A stretch of DNA of 37,601 nt from positions 997,501 to 1,035,101 of the forward strand of contig NC_068986.1 in assembly GCF_001194135.2 (NCBI RefSeq), in the 5' to 3' direction. The DNA is from Octopus bimaculoides (Eukaryota). Both the position numbers and the translations under genes were made by a program. The notes under the pieces are model-generated. The model searched no databases. It saw only the letters and a list, made by a program, of their open reading frames with translations, and was not told where the DNA came from. Shown one piece after another: positions 11,222-22,800 of this stretch (within the stretch, counting starts at the first letter, position 1; every line of letters begins with the position of its first letter).

Positions 11222-14200
11222 TATTTGACCTTTTGATGTAATTCCACTTGTTCTGTTTAAAGAACTGTGACATTTCCTTCATAGCATTAATTCCTATCAG
11301 AACTGTGCAACTAAATAAGGTCAAACATCAGAAGAGAACTCATCAAATACGTTCTTGTTTTTGAACTTTTTCAACTGCAGTACATGGCTTTATTAAGGAT
11401 CATAACATTTAAAATAAGTTGTTTTCAGGAATTTTGTTCTGATCTTTTTTGTTTGTTTTTTGTTTTTTTTTCTTCCTTATACCTGTAAGTTTTCTTTACT
11501 AAGTCTCTCATATGTATCTAGTTTTAGTACTAACCTACTTCATGGTTGTTTCTGACAGTTTGCTTCACAGCAAGTCTGGTTTTATTCATAAATGGTTTTA
11601 TTCATAAATGTTCCCAGTATCTTCAGTTTTATTTAGATTTAATGTGAATTCAGTTCAATTTAACCAAAAAATGAGGGAACTTTATGATAAAGGCAAATTT
11701 TTATATGATTTAGTCTTGTATTAAGGAACAGAAAAAAACTACTCTCTGTTCTTTGTCTAGCACATCTTGTAAATTGTTGTATTGATTGAATGATAGAGCA
11801 AGAGCAACTTATTGAATATTATATGACATAGTTAATGTTGGCATGAATGTCGGACATATTTCAATTAGGTTTATTGTATGGCAGCTTGCCTCTAAATTTA
11901 TGATCGGCAGACATTAAGATTATATCAGACCAAAGGTTATAAAGACTTGATATGTTTAAAAAAAAAAAATTATTAATTAAGAATATTAATTAAGAATTAT
12001 TAATTAAGAATATATTCTTTTAGAGAATGTAAAGCTGTATGATTTAAAAACAAAATTTTTTCCAATTGGTCTGCATTAACAAAGAAGGAAATATCAAATG
12101 TCTCGGCAACAGATAGCTTTCAATTTTATCTCACAAATTACAGTGAATAAGAAGCTATCTTTTTCTCTTAATAACAATCAAACCTAATTATGGTTGGCAC
12201 TTTGGCACCCAATAATTAAGTGCCATTTGCAACCGTGGCTTTTTATTGTTCTCATTAGATAATTTTAACTTTTGTTTGTTTAATCTTTCAATTGTGTTAC
12301 ATCTAACACTTTGCTATAAAAGATTAGCTATCAACAGGGACTGTAAGCATGATTTGTGCAGCATCTCGTTTTGTGTCTACTTTCCATGAGTTGGACAGGT
12401 TGCCACAGTTGCAGTTGGCTCATATTTACAGTTACTATTCAGCTAGACAGCCCAAATAATAACTTCATATTGCTCATGTCTTGTTTTTGGCTTGGTTTCT
12501 TATTGCTGGATGACCTTCTTTTCTCTCGACCACTTTACTGAGTGTACTGGCTGCTTTTTTTTTTTTTTACTACTACTAGCATTAGAGAGGTAACTTTCCT
12601 TGGTAAGACTAAAGGGGCCTGATGATCCAATGTCTCTGCTTGCCCACTTCTGTTTTTTTCTTCTTATAAACGGTTAATATCAATTTTTATGAATCTATAT
12701 CTATTATCAATAAAATGTTGACAATAAGAATTTCTTAGACATTTCTAAATAAATAAGTAAAAATTCTAGTTAATTTCTGTTCATATCCAACCATTGTTAT
12801 GGTTGTACATTGATAGATTAGGAATGTTTGTTTTTCTCTTAATCTACGAGAAATCTTTGATGTAATTATGTATAATGATGTATTGCATTGAGTTTCTTGC
12901 TGATCTCTGAATTAGCTGGTACTTTCATTCATCATCATCACTGTTTAACGTCCGCTTTCCATGCTAGCATGGGTTGGACGATTTGACTGAGGACTAGTGG
13001 ACCAGGTGGCTACACCAGGCTCCAATCTGATTTGGCAGAGTTTCTCCAGCTGGATGCCCTTCCTAACGTCAACCACTCAGTGAGTGTAGTGGGTGCTTTT
13101 ACGTGCCACCAGCACAAAGGCCAGTCAGGCGGTACTGGCAACGGCCACGCTCAAAATGGTGTATTTTACGTGCCACCTGCCCGGGAGCCAGTCCAGCAGC
13201 ACTGACAACGATCTCGCTTGAATGTCTTTACACGTGCCACTGGCACAAGTGCCAGGAAGGCGATGCTGGGCACAGGTGCCACCACGATTTCATTGTTATT
13301 GAAAACTGTAGATAAATTGGTTTGCCATGATAAAGAGGAAATGTCTAATGTTTTTGGTAGTACACTCCATTGTAGACTGATATTTCTTGATGATACCAAT
13401 ATATTCAATTCCTTCAGAAAGCACCAAGTCTCTAACAAAGGATTCTGGACAGACATAATACACTTTTTCCTTTCTGTGACAGTAAATTTATTTATCTCAC
13501 TTTTAAAACTGTTTACATTCATTCTTACCAATACAGACAATCACTACTTCCCTTGGATCCTATTGTTTGACCTTGAGTAGGGGAGGGCATGTGATTGATG
13601 AACGTTGTGAATAGCATTGAAACCTAGCTGGTTGATTGATTAACTGAATGATTAACCCTTTAACATTCAGATTATTTTGTCAAATGTAATGCTTGTTTGT
13701 TCACATTATTTTGAATTAACCTTGCACTATCTTGTAACATCAAGATTTTGACGATGTGATTGTTTATTTTTAAAATGACATTTGACCAGCTTGAACATAA
13801 AACAGGTAGAATATCTGGGCCAAATATGGCCAGTTTAAATGCTAAATGGTTAATCTAGCAATTCATTAGTTAATGGATTAAATGGTTATTGAATTGACTA
13901 ATAACAATTGAAGTAAAATGGAGCCATTCTGTGTATTATTTATTGGCTTGATCACCCTCCTGAGATTAAAAAAAGAAATCTGTTTTCAACACATGAATTC
14001 ACATTAAGGATCTTACCAACAAAAAGAAAGTTTGTTATCTCTTGATAATAAACGATTCTAATTATGTTGTAGTTGTTTTAACTTAGTAATTCTTCAATTT
14101 AGCTTGTGAAATCCCCTAAAATGTTGCATTTAAATTAGAATTCAAAACTGCTAAGCCTTGACTTCATGCTACAAATTTTAAACGTATTTCGAATATATTA

Positions 14201-16783
14201 AACTTAGTTAAGGACCTTTAGATCAATAAATGTAACATAGCGTTTGTTTTATACTCTTGGAATTTCTCTTAGTAAAAGTGTTTCTTTTGTTGTTATTAAT
14301 TATCTTTTATATCTTTTCTCTTGTATGGCACGTAAAAAGCACCCACTACACTCTCGGAGTGGTTGGCGTTAGGAAAGGCATCCAGCTGTAGAAACTCTGC
14401 CAGATCAGATTGGAGCCTGGTGTAGCCATCTGGTTCACCAGTCATCAGTCAAATCGTCCAACCCATGCTAGCATGGAAAGCGGACGTTAAACGATGATGG
14501 TGATGATGTTGTTCTTACTTTTTATGTCCTTGTTGACATTGATCTCTGGTACTGATTTGCATAATACCTAAAGTTTGGCTAATGGTTTTGACGGCTTCGT
14601 GTAATTTTTAACACACTACCACCATTTAACATTTTAAATGTGTCAGTCATGATATCATTTAGTGTTAATTTGCCTTCATTGTGTTTTAATTGGTTCTTAC
14701 AAGCCATCCTTTACAAACACATTCTCTCTTAACTATATTTAGAAAATGCTATACTTTGTTCTTCCCAACTCACCTCGTTGACTTCACCTGCACATTATGA
14801 CTACTTTCAAAATGTCCTTTTTACATTTTTTTTTTTTTTACAGTTTAAGTTTTTTTTTTTCAAGAACCTCTTCTCAAGTATAAACTTTATTTTAATCACA
14901 AAGTAAACATAAGGCATGTGGTTGGGAATCTGAATGTATGTTTTCAAATATCTTTCATGCTTCTCAGTAACACTGAACATACAAATGTTTATACATGCAT
15001 GCTTTTATTTACAGATTCCAAGGTCAAAATTAGTTTTTAGAGATCGCTTCTATAATTTTAATGTTAAAAAGTTTGTTTTTTCTGAGCACACATTTCTCTT
15101 CCGTCTTGAAACATTTTCAGACTATTGATCACCAGAAAATAGGTCAAAATTTCAGCTATTGTTCCTGTTCGCCTATTGAGACTTGAACAATTGAACTTTA
15201 GCAATCTAAGTAAAACGTGTGTGTGTGTGTTTGTCAGTTTGTGTGTGTTGGTTGCTGAAATCTTTGCTAGTTTTCTCTTTCTCTGTCATTAGTTTAGTAT
15301 ATAAGCAGAGGTGTGGTGTGGCTAAGAAGTTCACTTTGTGACCAATTTGTCTTGGTTTCAATTCTATAGCATGGCACCTTGGGCCAGCATCTTGCACTAT
15401 AGCCTCAGGCTGACCAATGTGAAATATTGCAATAGACCCAAGCATGGAAATGTAGTCATAAAGATGATTGTGTGTGTTTGTGTCGGTCTTTACTAGTGCC
15501 CCTCAACCGGTATATCACAGCACACTGGTGTACAAGACAATGCTAGGTGTGCTGCAGTGTAACCTGAATATCATTTTTTCCCTAATACTTTCAGTTATAT
15601 TCTTAGTTCACGTGTGCCACCAAATTTTGAAAAGAATATAAGTGTACCAAAAGTGAAAAAAGGTTGCAGGGTACTGGTCTGTACCTGACATCACTTGAGA
15701 AAATGAGGCTTGTGTTTATGTTCTGTAACTTAGTAGTGTGTTAAATTGAAATGTAAGCTGCTAAAATCAATTGCAGCCTTAAATATAAGTACTAAAGTTT
15801 ATATGAACAGTTAAAATCGTTCAGTGCTGTGCCCAGGTATGGCTGCAATCTAATGAGTTAAACAAGCAAAAGTATATATTTATAAAAGTTAACTCTAGTG
15901 GTATGCAAGCTTAAGAGCATTTAAATAATGGCCAGAAGCTTTTGAAAAAAGAAATGGTTTTAAAATGGAATGTTATTCTTTTATTCTTTTCTTAATGTTA
16001 TTAGTAATTAAGAAAATTGTTTTGTACATTTAGATACTTACTAATGTAATTTTTTCTGGTAATTTATTGTTGGTTTGGATGTGGAATATATTTCAAAGTT
16101 CTTCTTTACCAAAGTCCATTAACCATAACAGGAGTTAAGTTAGTTGAAATATTTTTATTCAAAGCAAAGCATTAACTGGATACTAATTAGCTGTATCAAT
16201 AAAATCCACTGGTGATATTTTAAGAATTTTATCTCAAGCCAGATTCTTAAATATTTCTTGCTTACCAGATTCTGCACCCATGTAAAATATTGGTTTTGTC
16301 AAGTTACTAAAAAAAACAAAAAGTCAAGATAAACAAAACTAAGATGAGCCTTTTTATCTCAAACAATGCTAGTCATTCATGTGTACATAAATGTTTCTCA
16401 GTTACTAAATGAATTATGTAATAGTGAAAAATAGTTTGCACTACTGGCAGCTTATATTAACAATTAAGATTTAAATATAAATATTATAATCACCAATCTA
16501 GGACTGAGAGAGAGAACAAGCTCTCTGATAAGACTTATGCCTCGTATCCTATATAAATTCTACTTGAAGTTTTATCTTCAACTGATTATGACTGTAGAGA
16601 TCAATGACATGAAACTCAGTATGGTGTCGTTTTTTTAAAAACCTAGCTGTCTGTTGTAGCCAGTGCAGTGTTCTATTCCAGATAAGGTTTGCTCTTTTTC
16701 AAATGTATATATTTCACATAGTGCAAACATGCAAATATATTCCTATACATCATACAGCATTTGCATTACAGTGTACGTGTGTA

Positions 16784-16821
<38 letters not shown>

Positions 16822-19800
16822 GTATTTGATTTAGTATGACAGGTGGAAATTAATAAAAACGTGGTTGCACAAATAGATAACAAAGTATTATGAGTGTTTT
16901 ATCTGTTGAAAATTTTAATTTTTTTGTATTTTGATATTTTTCTCTTTGACATTGTTGAAATTTTTTTGTGTAATTCTATTAAACTTGATTTGAAATAAAA
17001 GAAGTTGTTAACTTTTTCTTTTCTCATTTACCTGACTAGGCACTGATGTTAAAATTTGTTTCTTTTTTCAGACAACTCTTCCTCAGTTTCAAGAGCCAGA
17101 GTTTTCTGTAGTTAGACAACATGAAGAATTTATATGGCTTCATGACCGTTATGTTGAAAATGAAGAATATGCTGGCATTGTCGTAAGTATTTGTATGTTA
17201 CATTGCTAGGCAAATTGCAGAGTAAATGGTTGGTGACATATATAAAGTGAAAAAAATTTGACAAAACAAAAATGAAGTTTTTTTTCTCTTCAAACTGAAA
17301 TTTCTTTCCAATTCGTTGAGAGCACACATTCTCTATTCTCTCTTTTTCCAAATGCTGCGACTGAGATGATTCACAATGCTGTACCAGTATTATCTGCTGC
17401 ATCTCCCATTAGCTTTTGTAGGTCCTAATTTTCACATCTTTGCCACTAACATCTTTTAGGGTATGAAAATTCATGCATTTTTCCCTGCTAACATTGGTTT
17501 GCCATGGTGTTATTGGAGGCAGGTTTTTTCAGCCTGGTGTTTTTTCCTATTGCCACTCCTCACCTGTTTCACAGGTGAGGTATTTTTATATTATTCCATA
17601 GGACATTGAAAGTTCAGAGCAACTGGTTAGAATGTTTGCAAAGAATGCTGACAAATACTGCTTTGCTCACACAGTGACAAAACAAAATATGAACAATACA
17701 CTTTCACATGCATACTTACAGAATCCTATATGAACACACACAATCCTTTTTCATAGGTCACATTTTGGTACCCAGGAGAAACCAGAACCTCAAGCAATAT
17801 TACATGAAGGATTAATTAAAACACATGGAAGACTGCTACCTACGAGCAATCAAGTCCCTTAAAAATTGGTGTTTCAATGGACCCATTGGACAATTCAGTA
17901 TTAGACACAAGATTATAGTATGGTAATAAATGGAATGGTTCTGCTTATAAGTGTGCTGCTCAAACAGGACTGACTTGTAACTAAATGATAACATGCAAAA
18001 TTGCTGTTGTTAATCAGTATGAAATCATGACATTGATTTATTGGTTTAGTTACTGACACGTGTGTGTGTGTGTATGAGGGAAAGGCAGGAGTAATTGTTA
18101 GGAGAAAGCAGTGTTTGGGAGAATACACTTGATGTCAGGGAGTGGGGAGTGAGTAAGCGAGTGAATGTGTGTTAGTGTGAGAATAAGAATGCACAAAACT
18201 GCCTTCCAGTATTTAGTTCCAACACAATTCTCTCCCTTTGTGGCAAAGTTATTTTGTCAGTGTGGTTGGTGTTCAGTAAGTATTAAAGTACTGAGGTTAG
18301 TATAATTGAATGGAGTCAAATGTCTTACTGGTGAGCATGGTAACTAGGATGGTGCATGTAGGATATTTATTATTATTGCTCAAGCAACCATGTATAAGGT
18401 TAATTGAGTAGAGTTCTCAATATTAGGATGCATGTTGTGACAGTTATCTGATGAAATCTGGGTAAGTTTTGGATACAGTTAAGGAAAAACAAAAGCTATT
18501 GTATGGCTATGAATTTTAAAATATTGATGATGATGTATTTGTATTTTATTTTACCAAACGCCCAAATGATAATTCCCTTTCTTTCAGATTCCTCCTGCCC
18601 CTCCACGGCCAGACTTTGATGCCTCTCGAGAGAAGTTACAAAGACTGGGGGAAGGGGAAGGTAACATGACAAAAGAAGAATTTACTAAGATGAAACAAGA
18701 ACTAGAAGCGTATGTAAAGCTTGTTCTTTCTTATTCTTTCTTATTCCTTCATCATCAATTTAATACCCACTTTTCCATGCTTGCTTGGGTTGGACATAGT
18801 TTGAACCAAATGCCCATTCTGTTGCCAACACTTACCTGTTTCCAAGCAAGATAATAGTTCCTCTGGCTAGATACGATTTTGCAGAATATTTGAAATGCTG
18901 CCGCTCCTCCCCATTGGGGGAAATAGCAACTTGGAAGCAAGTGAGGGTTGGTAACAGGGAGAGCATCCAGCTGTTTAGAAACTACTTCAGTAAGTTCTGT
19001 TTGACCCTTACCAACAGGGCAAAGTGCATATCAAAACAATGATGACGAGGATCTGATATGAAAGTCAATTGAAAGTGGGTGTGAAATTGTAACCTCTATG
19101 TTTGGTTTATGATGAGAAAATATGTGACATTCCTCATATTGCTCTATCACCTCATATATACGCTTGAGGTCCAAATATCGTTTATTCTTTTGCTGATTCC
19201 AGTCATTCGACTGTGGTCATGCTGGCTACTGATATTTATGGGTTTTAGTCAGTTATAGTGACCCTATTGGTTTGGCTGTTAGATTCAAGGTTTTAAAATC
19301 ATAGCACATTCTGTCATTGGGCAGATGATTCAGCTGAAGCTAAATGGGTTGTGTCTACTGCAGAGTGACACCTCATAAACTATTAGCCCCAAATTATGAA
19401 ACTCAAGTTGCCAACAACCCTTTGTGGCTACGGTACACTGGATGATGGTGATGATGATGACTATGATGACTGATTCTAGTATTTAATTTGTTGTGGTAAG
19501 ATATGTCAAGCTGAGTAAAATTGACCATTCATGCATACAGGCAAGTTCTTTATGGCCCATATCAGCACCTTGTAGATGGCACTTGTGCTGGTGCCATGTA
19601 AATAGCATCCGGCACACTGTAAAGTGGTTGGTGTTAGGAGGGGCATCCAACTGTAGAAATCATGCCAAAACAGACAAATGAAGCCTTCTCGCTGACCAGC
19701 TCCTGTCAAACTGTTCAACCTATGCCAGTATGGAGAACGTGTTAAATGATGATGGGGATGGTACTTATTTTATTGATCGGTCAAATGGCCTGGGTTTTAT

Positions 19801-22800
19801 TTTTTGGCATAAAGGGATGCAACTTAACATGCCAAAGCACATGCACTTCTGCACATTTGTTATTGGTTAACCTGCATCTTCTATACAAGATACTTGTCCA
19901 AAATGCTGCTCTTGTGTGATTAATCAAGAATCACTTGGTTTGCAAAGTAAATTTCTTGACCATATGGTTACACCTCTCTTTATTTGACTTTCATGTATTT
20001 TAAATTGTCAAATACTTAAGGAATAACTAATTAACAATTGCTTTTAATGACAATTAGGAATAATAGTTTCAAAATATTGATTTTTAACAAATAACCAGTT
20101 TTACAGTTATTGATCTCTTTAGAATATCCATTTCTATATTGAGGTTTTTGTATTGTTTTTTTTGCAGTGAATACTTAGCTACGTTTAAAAAGACTGTTGC
20201 TATGCATGAAGTATTTTTACAAAGATTAGCTGCTCACCCAACACTTCGTGGGGACGTAAATTTCCAAGTCTTTCTGGAATACAGCCAAGATGTAAGTTCC
20301 CTCAAAATTTATTAATTTCATCAGAATTTTAATGCAACTGTTTATCTTTTTTTTTTTAAGTAGCAACAGTGTTGTAGTAAAGTTAATTATTTGTTCATTT
20401 TATGTCCATCTTTTTTTTTATGTTAGCCAGGGTTGGGCAAATGTGTATTGAGTTATTGTTTTGCAATCTGTTCTCCTTTCTATGTATCTTTCAAAGTGCA
20501 GAGCTAGAAAGCAATTTATTTACAAGGAATGTTAACAAAAATCCCTTTTTTTTCTTATGTGCAATGCTTCTGCAAGAATGAAGACTGCAACTATTTTCAT
20601 TGACACACACACATATATGCATATATGAATGTACATATTCATACAACTGGTTTCCATAGAATTTTCAAGTAACACAAGGCATTGGTGGGTTACAAAGAAA
20701 CTTGCCCAAGACACCACACTTTGAGATGGAACTTAAGACCATGTGATAACAAAATGAACTCCATACCCTCCTGCCGGCACCTAATTATCCACTTTGTAGT
20801 CTTTTTATCTGTGGAGTCACACAGCTTAGTTGTTAGGGTGTTGCGTTCAGGGGTGTAATATTGTGGTTTCAGTCCCTGCACCTGATGGTCATGCATTGTG
20901 TTCTTGGGCAGGACACTTCATTTCACATTGCTCCACCATCTCATCCAGTGGGGAGTATATCTGCCACAACCGTTGACCTGTTTTTGATTCTCTTATCTAA
21001 ATTAAAACACTGTTGCATGATCTATTTTGTTTGTTCTTTTAGTTTTCTGCCTTCTGGATAATGGTTTGTAATATTTAGGAATTAAATTTATAACCTCCAG
21101 TAAACCTCCAGTGAAAAACCCTGATTTTAGCTAAATGACACAAATCAGCTCCAGAATATGTTTAACATTCTTGATTACGTCATTATCTCCAGTGTATTTT
21201 TAGAATATATTATTTTATATTTTAGCTAAGTGTCAGAGGCAAAAATAAGAAAGAGAAACTTGGAGGTTTTTTCAAGAGCATTACAAAATCAGCTGATGAG
21301 GTTCTTCTTTCTAATCAAAAGGTGAGTATTTTCTTTGCTTTAATTAGGTTATAGGAATATGTGGGGTTTTTTTTCTGTTTTCAATTATTCTGCATTTTGA
21401 TATTACTAAATTGTTCATTTGTAATAATGTTGAATATTAGCAATACTAAAATAGATCATTCCATAGGTCTTCAGATTACAGGATATCATACGGCAAAGAG
21501 TTGCAATTTTAGGCAGTTCAGTTCAGCACTTCCCAACCAAGGTTCCAGGAGTCACTATAGTTTCCACTAGAAAGTATTTTAGGGTTTCCATGCAGTCACT
21601 GTTTTCTACAATTCGCTATGGTTCCCAAGAGAAGTCATTAAAGGTTCCTCAAGGAATAATTATAATAGGCTAATTATATACCATTCTTTAATCACTTTAA
21701 TTCTTTGTTCATAATTTTATGATTCACTCATGGTGTATTCATTAAGGTAGGAAAATCTTGCCATCAATAGAGATAGGGAAGGTAGGAGACCCTTTAAGAA
21801 ATAAACAAAGCCCTGGTGAAGACAATAGTTTTAAAATCTTTTTTGTGGCATCCAATGGATTTGTTACAAAGTTATCAAAGACTTCGTTTTATGATGAAAT
21901 ATAACTTTGTGAAAGAGAAAGAAAAAAAATTAAATTTTTTTGGAATGATTCTCTGAGACAAGGAATACATTCCAAAGGTTCTCCAAGAGTAAAATGGTTG
22001 AGAAACTGGTTTAGTTCAATTATTTTTTGTGTGGGATATAATAAAATACAATTTAAGGAAAAAACCTAATTGTGGCTTTTCTCTCATCGAATGTTTGTCC
22101 CTTTAGAACATTGTATTGTAATATTTCATAAGAAATATTTCATATGTGAAAATAAAATGTAAAAGGGCAAGTAGAAGCAATCCTATTTAATATGAATTAC
22201 TTCAGAGTTGGCATCAGTTTGGGCATCTGGTTGTAAAAGACTACTATAAGAAGTCTTGTACAACAGACGCCAGCATGGTAAAAATTATGATGATCATTGA
22301 TATTTGTTTGTTAGCATGAGATGGAAAATGATGTATTTATCTATTTCTTAATCATTTTAGGATGTAGATGACTTTTTTGAACAACAGAAAACCTTCCTAG
22401 TGGAGTACCATGTAAAGATTAAAGATGCAGCCACCAAAAGTGACCGGATGACTAAAACACATAAAAGTAAATCTATTTTGATGATAATCATTTTTGTTTA
22501 TTGCACTTGAGACCTGTGTTTCTCAGGTGGAAATTAAAAAAAAAATTTTTTTTAGTCAGGTGGGAGGGCAGTGCCCCTAGGTCCTTTACTGAGCTTCGGG
22601 GACTGGTGAGAGGGAAGTGTCCTCAAACCAGAGATTAGCGTGATTGCTGACAACAGAAAGTGCCAGCTGGTGGTGTTAAATCAAGCAACAGATTAAGTTT
22701 ACCATAGAGAGAGCTTTGGTAATTTTCAGATGCTTAAAGTAGATATGGGAAACAAATGCCAAATTTCAGAATTGCTGCTACTGATTTAGAATTGTAAATG

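Noticed and set aside
11578-12015. Small tandem duplications (16 bp x2 at 11578-11609; ~15 bp x3 at about 11970-12015)
   Set aside because: Ordinary slippage products in AT-rich intron DNA.
18100-18500. ILVTM-like Penelope RT motif on the minus strand
   Set aside because: The downstream DVxSLYTNI and DD motifs could not be recovered.
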